Below, in pieces: positions 1-10,600 of a stretch of DNA of 32,000 nt. The stretch is from Crocosphaera subtropica ATCC 51142 (GTDB lineage Bacteria > Cyanobacteriota > Cyanobacteriia > Cyanobacteriales > Microcystaceae). The notes under the pieces are model-generated. The model was not told where the DNA came from, did not search any database, and saw only the letters and a list, made by a program, of their open reading frames with translations. The stretch's first letter is position 1; the number at the start of each line of letters is the position of its first letter. Both the position numbers and the translations under genes were made by a program. The DNA lies in assembly GCF_000017845.1 (NCBI RefSeq), contig NC_010546.1, forward strand, positions 3,120,001 through 3,152,000, written 5' to 3'.

Positions 1-1265
1 CTTAACCCAGGGATAGCCAGTTCAGGAGAAAGAGCATTTTGTAGTTGATAGGCTTCATTTTGTACTTGAAACATTACCTGAAATAGAGGATTATGACTTT
101 CATCCCGTTCAGGTTGCAGGGTGTCTACTAACTTGGCAAAGGGTAAATCTTGATGTTGGTACGCTTGGGAAGTTGTCTGTTTAACTTGCTTCAATAAAGC
201 TACAAAAGAAGGATTACCAGATAAATCACTGCGTAAAACCAACGTATTAACAAAAAAACCAATTAATGGCTCCGTTTCCGCCCAATTTCGATTAGCAATA
301 GGCGAACCGACTACAATATCATTCTGACCACTATAACGATGGAGTAAAATTTTAAAGGCAGTCAACAGGGTCATAAATAAAGTGACTCCCTGCTGACGAC
401 TCAGGGTTTTTAGCGCATTAGTTAACGCTTTATCCAGAGTAAAAGATTGAATGCCACCTCGCAACGTCGGTACATGAGGACGAGGGTAGTCTGTGGGAAG
501 ATTAAGCACAGAAACATTAGCTAATTGTTTCTTCCAATAGTCTAAGTGTGCTTGTAACTCTTCTCCTGCTAACCATTGTCTTTGCCAGGCTGCAAAATCA
601 CTGTATTGAATAGATAACTCAGGTAAAGAAACGGACTCACCCGAAGAAAATGCTTTGTAAACAGTCGCTAACTCTTTTAACAAAATACCCCTTGACCAAC
701 CATCGGCAATAATATGGTGAAGAACAACCAATACAGTCGATTTTTGGGGACTTAATTGAAGCAACCACACCCGTAATAATAAATCTTCTGCTAAGTTAAA
801 AGGTTGTTTTGCTGCTTTGTTTTCCAAATACTTTACTTCTTTTTCTCGTTTCTTTTCTGGTAATTGTTGTAAATCAATTTTTGGAACTGTTAACGTTAAA
901 TTAGGGATTATTTCGACAATAGGGTTCCCCTCAACGGCCATAAACCTTGTTTTTAAAGACTCATGACGCTTAATAATTGTATTAAAACTTTTTTCTAAAA
1001 TAGTATGATCAAGACTTCCCGTAAACTGCCAGGCGATCGCAATATTATAGGCAGGACTTTCAGGATCTAGTTGATGTAGAAACCATAATCTTTCTTGGGC
1101 TAAAGACAGCGGTATATTCTCATAATTTTGCCGTTTAGGAATAGTTTGCTGGGGAATTTGTAGATTTTTTTCTTTTAATTGTTGCTCAAAAATTGCCCGT
1201 TTTTCAGGAGGTAAAGCAGCAATTCGTTGTTTTAAAGCTTCTAAATTTGTTTTTTTTCCAGACAT
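1..1265 (-). CDS. Non-ribosomal peptide synthetase, N-terminal part (leader/docking segment plus condensation domain). The 3' end lies beyond the window start.
   Basis: Absent from the ORF track because no stop lies in the window. My own minus-strand translation from the ATG (complement of 1263-1265) stays open to position 1: MSGKKTNLEALKQRIAALPPEKRAIFEQQL...IPLSLAQERLWFLHQLDPESPAYNI (C1-type motif)...VLHHIIADGWS (HHxxxDG catalytic motif)...LIGFFVNTLVLR. Confidence 0.9.
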   Translation of the reverse strand, partial: MSGKKTNLEALKQRIAALPPEKRAIFEQQLKEKNLQIPQQTIPKRQNYENIPLSLAQERLWFLHQLDPESPAYNIAIAWQFTGSLDHTILEKSFNTIIKRHESLKTRFMAVEGNPIVEIIPNLTLTVPKIDLQQLPEKKREKEVKYLENKAAKQPFNLAEDLLLRVWLLQLSPQKSTVLVVLHHIIADGWSRGILLKELATVYKAFSSGESVSLPELSIQYSDFAAWQRQWLAGEELQAHLDYWKKQLANVSVLNLPTDYPRPHVPTLRGGIQSFTLDKALTNALKTLSRQQGVTLFMTLLTAFKILLHRYSGQNDIVVGSPIANRNWAETEPLIGFFVNTLVLRSDLSGNPSFVALLKQVKQTTSQAYQHQDLPFAKLVDTLQPERDESHNPLFQVMFQVQNEAYQLQNALSPELAIPGL

Positions 1266-1363
1266 TTAATTTCAATAAAATTATTGTTACTAATTGTTTG
1301 AGGAAACAAGCTAAACTCGATCTGACTTTTAACCTGAGTTCGACGGAAGAGAATCTATGGAGA

Positions 1364-1466
1364 ACTGATATTAAATCTCTTTGAATACTATACTTGATAG
1401 TAGGGTAAGCAGGGGGAGCAGAGGAGGAAGGGTTTGCAGTCATGATTTTAATGATGAGTCATTAAG
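1364..1466 (+). repeat. Dispersed ~100-bp intergenic repeat, copy A (purine-rich core GGGTAAGCAGGGGGAGCAGAGGAGG).
   Basis: Aligns by eye, with a few indels, to the reverse complement of 17078..17190. Shared segments are actgatat, aaatctctttgaatactat, tagggtaagcaggggga, ggtttgc and gtcat.attttraTGATGAGTCATTAAG. It is partially shared with 30506..30575. The track ORFs here (1193..1384, 1204..1443) are not conserved in frame between copies. Confidence 0.8.
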
Positions 1467-1493
1467 CGTATTTCATATCAGGTAATGAAAGGA

Positions 1494-2669
1494 TTAATCC
1501 TCTGTCTTGAAAAGGAAAAGTAAACTAGCAGTCAACGCCAACCCACTCCCCACCAAAAAAGGAGCTTGAGGATTCACCTGTTGCCACAAGAAACCGGCTA
1601 AGAGACTTGCAGGTAACAAAACGATACCAATGACTAAATTAATAACACCAAAGGCAGTCCCACGCAACTCTCCAGGGGCAAGGTCAGCCACCAACGCCAA
1701 CAAAATACCTTGACTCATGCCCAAATATATACCATAAAGCGCAAACAGCCCCCAAATTTGTCCAGGTCGATCAGCTAAAGCAAAACCGAGATAAACCAAA
1801 GAAAATAACCAGAATGCCCCAATAAGTAACCCTTTTCTACCGATACGATCAGACAGTAACCCCAAGGGATAGGCACTCAACAGATAGGAAAAATTCATAA
1901 TAATCATGGATAAAGGAACCCAGGAAGCAGCAATACCTACCTGTTGGGCTTTTAACAGTAAAAACGCATCGCTGAAGTTTCCTAAATTAAAGACAACCGC
2001 CACCCCCACCAAAACCCAGTAACCCTGACCTAATTGTTTAATTCCATGCCATTGAATTTTATGACCCTGTTTTCTCTCTGGGGAATGAGGTTCTCGAATG
2101 CCTTTAACCAGTAAACTAACTGATAAAATCCCTGGTATCAGGGCAACCCAAAACACCAAACGAAAATTTTGCTCCCAGATTAATAAAATGAGGGTTGCTG
2201 CAATCGGACCAGAAAAGGCCCCAAAGGTATCGAGGGTTTGACGTAAGCCATAGGCAGCCCCCCGTTGATTGATTGGGGTCACATCCGCCACCAGAGCGTT
2301 TCGGGGAGCCACCCGAATCCCTTTCCCCAGGCGATCGCCAAACCGAGCGATTAACACCCAAAAGGGGCTATTAGCCAGGGCAAATAGGGGAATAATAGCT
2401 GCTGAGAGTCCATATCCGAGCATAGTCAGTTCTTTGCGTCGTCCCCAATAATCACTCAAAGCCCCTGAAAATAGTTTTAAAACCGAGGCGGTGGATTCGG
2501 CGATCCCTTCAATTAATCCCACGGTACTTAAGTTAGCCCCTAAAACAGACACCAAAAATAGGGGTAGAACGGATTGAATGGCTTTGCTGCCAAAATCGGT
2601 AAATAGGCTAACTAAACCTAAGATCCAGACGTTAGGATGGATGTTTTGAGACGACTTGATTAATCTCAT
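1494..2669 (-). CDS. MFS transporter (12-TM type).
   Basis: 391-aa ORF, hydrophobic throughout. It has an MFS loop 2-3 type motif (LSDYWGRRKEL) and a second basic loop (LSDRIGRKG). It lies 11 nt downstream of tonB on the same strand. Confidence 0.85.
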   Translation of the reverse strand: MRLIKSSQNIHPNVWILGLVSLFTDFGSKAIQSVLPLFLVSVLGANLSTVGLIEGIAESTASVLKLFSGALSDYWGRRKELTMLGYGLSAAIIPLFALANSPFWVLIARFGDRLGKGIRVAPRNALVADVTPINQRGAAYGLRQTLDTFGAFSGPIAATLILLIWEQNFRLVFWVALIPGILSVSLLVKGIREPHSPERKQGHKIQWHGIKQLGQGYWVLVGVAVVFNLGNFSDAFLLLKAQQVGIAASWVPLSMIIMNFSYLLSAYPLGLLSDRIGRKGLLIGAFWLFSLVYLGFALADRPGQIWGLFALYGIYLGMSQGILLALVADLAPGELRGTAFGVINLVIGIVLLPASLLAGFLWQQVNPQAPFLVGSGLALTASLLFLFKTED

Positions 2670-2680
2670 CTGAAAGTTTG

Positions 2681-3523
2681 TTAATTAGGAACAGTATAGT
2701 TAATCGGAAGTTTTGCTCTACGAGAACGTCCGTCTTCAGGAGGACTAAATTTCATTTGGCCAACAGCTGAGACTGCAGCTTTGTCCAGTTCGCTGTTGCC
2801 ACTGGTCTCGAGGACTTGTGGACTGCTCACACTGCCATCTGTTTCGACCCTAAATTGTACAATTACCTTACCAGGCACTTTCTTGGCTATGGTACTGGGG
2901 TATTGAGGTTGACAGTTACTGATACACTTCAAGGATATCCAGGATGCGCCTTCTCCGTTACCATTGCCTGTTCCCTGAGAACTCCCTGTTCCCGTTCCTA
3001 AAGGAGAACCGGCTTGTTGTCCTTGGGAACTTCCCTGATCTCCCATCCCTAAACTAGAGCCTTGAGTCCCTGTTAAAGTGCCTTCTAAAGATTGACCTCC
3101 CAATGAACCTAGCGGAATTGTTTGAGGGGTTGATTGAGAAGGACTAGGGGCGATCGCTTTGGGTTGAGGAGAAGCCGATTCAGGAATCGGATCGGGTAAC
3201 AATTGTTTGGCAGAGATACGGGCTTCTTGAACGGTTTCTGATGGGGTTTCAGGTTCGGGTTGGGGTTCGGGTTCAACCACTGGTTCAGGTTCGACTTTAG
3301 CCACTTCAGGTTCTGGCGGTTCGATAACTTGAAATTCAATGGGGTTCGGTGGCGGTTGAGAGGCATTATCAAGATTATTCTGATTTAACCAAACAAATGC
3401 CATGACTCCTGCGACGTGCAATAAGCCAGACACGATGAAGCCAGAGATGGTTAATTTTCTGAGAACTTTTTCACTTTTGCTACGATATTTATTGCAAAAC
3501 GTTAATAGACTCATGGGTAGCAA
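2681..3523 (-). CDS. tonB: TonB-family energy transducer.
   Basis: N-terminal single TM (ISGFIVSGLLHVAGVMAFVWL), a Pro/Glu-rich spacer (EPPEPEVAKVEPEPVVEPEPQPEPETP), and a C-terminal TonB_C-like segment (PQYPSTIAKKVPGKVIVQFRVETDGSV...SGNSELDKAAVSAV). Sits directly after exbB-exbD. Confidence 0.85.
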   Translation of the reverse strand: MLPMSLLTFCNKYRSKSEKVLRKLTISGFIVSGLLHVAGVMAFVWLNQNNLDNASQPPPNPIEFQVIEPPEPEVAKVEPEPVVEPEPQPEPETPSETVQEARISAKQLLPDPIPESASPQPKAIAPSPSQSTPQTIPLGSLGGQSLEGTLTGTQGSSLGMGDQGSSQGQQAGSPLGTGTGSSQGTGNGNGEGASWISLKCISNCQPQYPSTIAKKVPGKVIVQFRVETDGSVSSPQVLETSGNSELDKAAVSAVGQMKFSPPEDGRSRRAKLPINYTVPN

Positions 3524-3543
3524 GAGAAACGTAAAAATGATGA

Positions 3544-3948
3544 TTAATCTGATTTAGTCGCAGCGATCGCTAACTTAGCCCCTTGAACTTGACGCACTTT
3601 ATCCATAACGGCAACCACACGACCGTGTTCAACCGCTTTATCCGCATTGATAATCACTAAACTTTCTTGAGCTTGTCCCATTAAACCACTAATCGCATTT
3701 TTGAGATCATTGACTTCTGTGGGTTGACGATCTACAAAAATGTCTCCGTCTGCTTCAACTGTTACATTAATTTGTTGGGTTTTCTGTGGTTCAGTGCTTT
3801 GTGCAGAAGGCAAGTTCACGGGTAATCCTTCAGAACGGGTCAAAAATAGGGTAGAAATGATCACAAAGGCCAAAATTGAGAAAATAATGTCAATCATCGG
3901 CACAATATTAATTTCTGCTGGAGTATCCATTTCATCGGGTAACTGCAT
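3544..3948 (-). CDS. exbD: ExbD/TolR biopolymer transport protein.
   Basis: 134 aa with the INIVPMIDIIFSILAFVIIS N-terminal TM signature typical of ExbD/TolR. It overlaps the exbB stop by 17 nt. An alternative start MDTPAE at 3930 would leave a 1-nt gap. Confidence 0.85.
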   Translation of the reverse strand: MQLPDEMDTPAEINIVPMIDIIFSILAFVIISTLFLTRSEGLPVNLPSAQSTEPQKTQQINVTVEADGDIFVDRQPTEVNDLKNAISGLMGQAQESLVIINADKAVEHGRVVAVMDKVRQVQGAKLAIAATKSD

Positions 3949-4585
3949 AGGGTTTATCTCCTCTCTCGTAGAAACGACGATACAATAGTTCTAATTGACC
4001 TGCATATTCTTGAACTAGGGCAAATTGTTGTAGGTATAAAGAACGAAACGAGTTAGCAAATAATAGGGTCATAATCGCTACCACTAACCCCATCACCGTC
4101 GAGGTTAACGCTTCTGAGATCCCTCCAGTGACATTAGTAGCGTTGGTTCCACTAACATTACCAATGTCAAGAGACGCAAAAGAGCGCATGAGTCCCAAAA
4201 TGGTTCCTAATAGTCCCAACAACGGTGAAACTGCAATAATGGTCTGAAAAATAGTATTAAAGCGTTTAAAAAGAGGGAGTTCTGCTTGAGTTGCCGTCTC
4301 TAAGGCTAAACGAAACTCTGTCGGTGTGGCATCCTGAAGGACTAAAGCTTCTAAAAAAATGCGACACATCGGTAAATCCGCATTTTGCTTCAATTTTGCG
4401 ATCGCTGCTATGGGTTCATTCCCTTGATAAAGTTTCAAGACAGTGGTGATGATCTTTCGTTCACGAGACTTAATCCGATACCAAAAGATGATACGTTCAA
4501 TAATTAAAGCCACGCCTAATAGGGAAAACACAAGCAATGGCCAGGCAACGATGCCACCAGCTACTAAAAAGTTTTTGATCGACAT
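3932..4585 (-). CDS. exbB: ExbB (MotA/TolQ/ExbB proton-channel family).
   Basis: 217 aa with three predicted TMs. The C-terminal half LLGLLGTILGLMRSF...GGISEALTSTVMGLVVAI matches the MotA/TolQ/ExbB channel signature. Confidence 0.85.
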   Translation of the reverse strand: MSIKNFLVAGGIVAWPLLVFSLLGVALIIERIIFWYRIKSRERKIITTVLKLYQGNEPIAAIAKLKQNADLPMCRIFLEALVLQDATPTEFRLALETATQAELPLFKRFNTIFQTIIAVSPLLGLLGTILGLMRSFASLDIGNVSGTNATNVTGGISEALTSTVMGLVVAIMTLLFANSFRSLYLQQFALVQEYAGQLELLYRRFYERGDKPYAVTR

Positions 4586-4693
4586 GGTGATGGATAGCTG
4601 TGACTAAATGAGAATAGATGTCAATTTATCTTATACTATATCTCTAATTTTTTCATGGCGACTCTCAAAATTTTTCATCAGCTACTGTTAAAA

Positions 4694-7600
4694 TTATCCT
4701 TCAAAATCAACCATTCCTAAAACTTGCTTCAAAGTATCTTGATCTAAGTCAGTTAAAGAGATATCAGATAAGGGTTCGTCTTGGCAGTCATTAATTAGTC
4801 GTTCTAAGATATTGATAAACCCTTGGGCGATCGCTTCAATCGTTGAGGATTTATGCAACTGATTACTATAACTCCAAGTAAACTGTAATTGTCCTCTCAT
4901 CACTAAACCATTAATTTCCAAAAGATGGGGTCGTGGTTGGTTAGGATGATGGTGTAATCCTGCATCATAGGGAGATAAGCAAAATTGGGAATTATCAGAT
5001 AATAAAGCGTCAAATTGTCCCAAATAGTTGAAACTAATTTCCGCTAAACTCTGAATCTCTTGGTGATTATAAAGATAGCGCATGACTCCGTAGCCAATAC
5101 CTTGATGGGGAATAGAACCTAATTGTCCTTTGACAGCTTTTAAGGCATCCAAAAGAGAGTCAGACCCTTCTACATCAAGAAAGACAGGGAAAAGACTGGT
5201 AAACCAGCCTACAGTACGAGAAAGGTTAATATTCTCCCAAATATCTTCCCGTCCATGACTTTCTAAATTAATTAACAAAGATCGCTGTCCTGTCCACTGT
5301 ACCAAGGTTTCTACTAAAGCGGTTAGTAAAACCTCATTAATTTGAGTATCGTAAGCTTTGGGGACTGTTTTAAGCAATGTTTGGGTGTTTTCTTCGTCTA
5401 AGGTGACGGTGATTTGTTCCGTCGTGGCAACCGTATTTTTGCCCCCTGGATAGTCCACAGGAAGCGCAACAGGGGTTTTTGAGACGACTTGCTGCCAATA
5501 ATAGTCCTTTTCTCCTTCTATGAGATAGGTTTGAACTTGTTTTGCCCAAGTTTTAACAGAGGTAGTTTTTAAAGGTAGTTCAATGGGCTGATTTTGGGCT
5601 AATTGTTGGTAAGCAGTTTGCAAATCTTCCAGTAAAATGCGCCAGGAAACTCCATCAACGGCTAAGTGATGAATAATGATTAGTAATTGGTTGGATCGAG
5701 AATTTCCCAGGTCAAAGACGGCTATTCGTAACAAGGGGCCAGAAGATAGATTGAGACTACCTTGTAACTGATTGGCTGTTGCTGCGATCGCCTTTTCTTG
5801 TACTTCATCTGATAACCCAGACAGATCAATATGAGTCAAGGGTACTTGATCCTCAGCATCCCTGATCATTGCTTCCCACCCTGTTTCTGTGGGGTTGAAG
5901 CGCAACCGTAAGGCATCATGATGTCTGATCAGATGAGCAAATACAGTCTGTAGTTGGGCAATATTAAGCGTTTGAGAAACTTCTAGAAAGGCAGACTGAT
6001 TAAAATGAGCCATTTCGGCTAAATTTTGCCCAAAAAACCAGTGTTGGATGGGATTGAGGGGAAGAGAACCTGTTACTAACCCTTGTTCTCCTACAGACGA
6101 GTCTATAGAAGTAACAACTGCTGCTAACTGGGCAATGGTTTGATGCTGAAATAGCTGCTTTGGTGATAATTTCAGCCCTTGACGACTGGCACGACTAACA
6201 ATTTGAATGGCTAAGATAGAATCTCCCCCTAACCCAAAAAAATTGTCCTCAATGCCCACTTTTTCCAGATTAAGCACATCCTGCCAAATCTTCACTAACT
6301 GGGTTTCAATGGCGTTACGGGGTGCTTCCGTTGTCGATGTAGAAAGAATCGGTTGAGGAAGTGATCGCCGATCCACTTTCCCGTTAGGTGTGAGAGGAAA
6401 CGCCTCTAAAATCATGTAATGATTCGGATGGAGGTAATCGGGTAATTTTTGCGTTAAAAACGTCTTTAATTCCTGAATTATAAGGATTTCTCCCATTTTA
6501 GGAACCACATAAGCAATCAATTGTTTATTCCCTTGAGGCGTTGCTTTAACGACAGCGATCGCACTTTGGACTTTAGGATATTGAGATAAAATTGCTTCAA
6601 TTTCTCCCAATTCTATGCGGAACCCCCGAATTTTAACCTGATTATCTTTTCTGCCTAAAAATTCTATATTTCCCTTCCTATCATACCTTCCCAAATCTCC
6701 CGTTTTATACAATCTTTCTCCCTGCTTCCCACCTCCCTTAGTAATGGGGGTTGGGGGGATCGGAATAAACCTTTCTGCGGTCAACTCAGGACGGTTGAGA
6801 TAACCCCTAGCTAACCCACCACCGCCAATATATAGTTCTCCAGGTACCCCAAAAGGAACAGGGTGCAGATAAGGATCTAGAATATAAACTTGAGTCTGAG
6901 AAATTGGCCGACCAATGGGGACAGAATGCCCAATTTGCTCAACGTCTGTGAGAACAGCACAACAAGTAAAGGTCGTATTTTCAGTGGGGCCATAACCATT
7001 AATGACGCAACAATGAGGATAAGTTCGTAAAACGGTTTTAACATGATCAGGAAATAAAACATCGCCCCCTGCAAGCAAATAACGCACATTTTTAAACGAT
7101 TCTAGCTTTTCTTCCACCATTAAATGAAATAATCCTGCCGTTAACCACAGAGTCGTCACCCCATAGTTTTCTATCGCTTCTCCCAGTTCTTCTAAAGAAG
7201 GGGTTGGACTGGGTAAAATAACTAAGCGTCCCCCATTGAGTAACGCTCCCCAAATCTCGAAAGTTGACGCATCAAAGGTGTAAGGGGCTGCTTGTAGGAA
7301 AACATCATCTTCTCTGATATCAACATAATTGCTATTTTTAACCAGACGAATAACTCCACGATGAGGGATACATACCCCTTTGGGAATGCCCGTTGAACCC
7401 GACGTATACATGACGTAGGCGAGATGTTCAGATGTGGTATCAGTTACGGGAAGAGTCGGACTTTCTTGGGCGATCGCCTTTTCATCGAGATCAATCACTG
7501 TTACAGTATTTGGCCACTGATGATCAATGTTTCTCTGAGTTAGTAAAAGATTGATTTGAGTATCTTCTAGCAGAAAATCAATGCGTTCTGACGGCGCATT

Positions 7601-10600
7601 AGGATCAATGGGAACATAAGCCCCCCCTGCCTTAAGAATGGCTAAAATAGCGATAATCATGGACAAAGAACGCTCAACACAAAGCCCGATCAACGTATCA
7701 GGTTTCACCCCAAACCGTTGTAAATAGTGAGCTAATTGATTCGCTTTAATATCCAGTTCTTGATAAGTTAATTGTTGCGTTTCATAGATAAGAGCGATCG
7801 CATTTGGGTTGTTTTTAACTTGCACTTCAAAGAGTTCATGTATAGACCCTTCAACACTTCCCCCACTTTCCACTCTCCCCAAAGAAAGCTGCCGTTCCGC
7901 TTCATTGAGTAAAGATAACTCCGAAATGGGTTGTTCTGCGTCCGCAACAATAGAATCTAACAACGTCTCAAAGCATTTGCCTAAGCGAATAATGGTTTCT
8001 TGCTCAAATAAATCCGTATTATATTCCCAACGACCCCTTAACCCCTCTTCTGTCTCCCTCATAGTCAGAGTCAGATCGAATTTTGCAGTGTGATTATCCA
8101 TTTCCAGAGGTTCCCATTGTAACCCTGGCAGTTCAATGGGGTCTAACGGCGTATTTTCTAGGACAAACATCACTTGAAACAGAGGGGTATGGCTGAGCGA
8201 TCGAGGAACTTCTAACGCTTCTAAAAGCCTCTCAAACGGTAAGTCTTGATGACTGTAGGCCCCTAACGCTACCTGTCGCACCTGTTGTAATAAGTCAAGA
8301 AACGTGGGATTACCTGATAAATTAATTCTTAGGGCTAAAGTATTGACAAAAAAGCCGATCAATCCTTCAATTTCACGATAATTACGGTTCGCAATAGGAG
8401 AACCAATAATAATATCCTCACTGTTACTATAACGATGCAGTAACACCGAAAATGCGCTCAACAACAACATAAATAAGGTGGTTCCTGCTTGATGACAAAG
8501 ACGTTGCAAATGTTGGGCTAGGGGTTGGGATAGGGTAAAAGAAGAAGTTGATCCGTGAAAATTTTGCACAGGTGGACGAGGATAATCACAGGGTAATTCT
8601 AGTAAGGTTGGCGCATCTTTTAACTGCTGTTGCCAGTAAGCGAGTTGAGTATCTAATATTTCCCCTTGTAACCATTTTCGTTGCCAGGCTGCAAACTCTA
8701 CATATTGAAAGGGTAATGCTTCGAGGGGTGACGGTTGTTCTTCACAGAAAGCTCGATACAATGTAGCAATTTCTTGCACCAAAATGCCCATTGACCAACC
8801 ATCAGAGACAATATGGTGCATGGTTAATAATAAAATATGCTCTTGTTCTGCTAGACGCAATAATTTCACTCGCAACAGAGGACAATATTCTAAGTTAAAG
8901 GGTTGTTGTGCTTCTTTTTGGGTTAGTTGTGTAACAATTTTTTCTTGTTTTTCAAGAGGAATGAGACTTAAATCAATCAACGGAATAGATAAATCAGTGG
9001 TTTCCGCAATAGTTAGATAAGGTTTGCCTTCTTGAGTCAGAAAACGAGTGCGTAACACTTCATGACGATCAATAACTTTCTGGAAACTACGGGTTAAGGC
9101 AACAATATTGAAACAACCATGTAAACGCAGTGCGATCGCAATATTATAAAAAGGACTATTCGGTTCTAACTGTGATAAAAACCATTGTCGCTGTTGAGCA
9201 AAAGATAAAGGTAACTCGCCATGACGATCTATTTTTTGAAATGATAAAATCTCTTGCTTTCCTTCCCCATCAATAGCATTAGATAAACTTCTAATGGTTG
9301 GTTTTTCAAATAATACCCGTAACGGTAACTCTCTTTCAAACACTTGCCGAACTTGAGACATCACCCGTGTCGCTAACAGAGAATGTCCCCCTAACTCAAA
9401 AAAGTTATCTTCCACACTCACTTGATTCAAATTGAGAATATTAGCCCAAATACCTGCTAAAATTTCCTCTGTTGCTGTTTTTGGTGCGATATAATCTTTA
9501 TGATTTAATTCAATCTCTGGTAAAGCGTTACGATCAATTTTGCCATTAGGGGTTAACGGTAAACTGTCTAACTCTATAAACCTTGACGGAATCATGTAAC
9601 TGGGTAATTTTTCCGCTAAAAAGTCTTTTAGTGGGGGAGTATGGGTAGAGACAATATAAGCAATAAGACTTTCTTCTTTAACAATAACTACTGCTTCTTT
9701 TACTTGAGGATGAGTCAATAATATTGTTTCTATTTCTCCCAATTCTAGGCGAAATCCTCTTAATTTTAGCTGATAATCTGTTCTTCCTAAATATTCTATC
9801 TCTCCATCTTCCCCATACTTAACTAAGTCTCCTGTTTTATATAAACGACTCCCTGCTTTTCCCCCCCTCTCAAGGGGGGTTGAGGGGATCGCCATAAATC
9901 TTTCTGCTGTTAATTTTGGTCTGTTTAAATAGCCTCTAGCTACTCCCATTCCTCCGATATATAATTCTCCTGGTACTCCTATAGGCACTTGATTATAGTC
10001 TTTATCTAACACATAAAATTGTGTGTTATTAATGGGTTTTCCTAACCTAACTTTATCTGAAGTGACTTGATAAACTGATGACCAAATAGTGGTTTCAGTT
10101 GGGCCATATAAGTTCCAAACTGCTCTAGATTTTTGTTGCAGATGTTGCCCTAAACTGGGATCTAATGCTTCTCCCCCACAGAAAATCGTTAAATCTTTTT
10201 TTCCTTCCCACCCTGATGCGAGTAATAGTTTCCAAGTAGCAGGGGTTCCCTGCATGACGGTTACTTGATGGCTTTCTAACTGTTGCCCTAGGGTAACACC
10301 GTCTTGAGCAACAGTACGGGGAACTAAGACTAATTTTGCCCCAACAATAAGGGGTAAATAGAGTTCTAAGGCAGCAATATCAAAGGATAGGGTTGTTACT
10401 GATAATAAAGTATCATCATCAGTTAATCCAGGTTTTTCACTCATCGAAACAAGAAAGTTACTTAACGCACGATGAGGTATTTGTACCCCTTTGGGAATAC
10501 CTGTAGACCCTGATGTATAAATGATATACGCAAGATTGTCTAAGTTGATGTCTACATCGAGATTTGTCTTTTTTTCTTGATTAATTTCTCCTTGTACTTT

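Noticed and set aside
1193-1443. Track ORFs 1193..1384 (+) and 1204..1443 (-) in the NRPS/MFS intergenic region.
   Set aside because: They lie on the dispersed repeat. The equivalent ORF in copy B (MTANPCFLCSPCLPYKS) diverges after 5 codons because of indels, so the conservation is at nucleotide level and not protein level. The sequences are also low in complexity.
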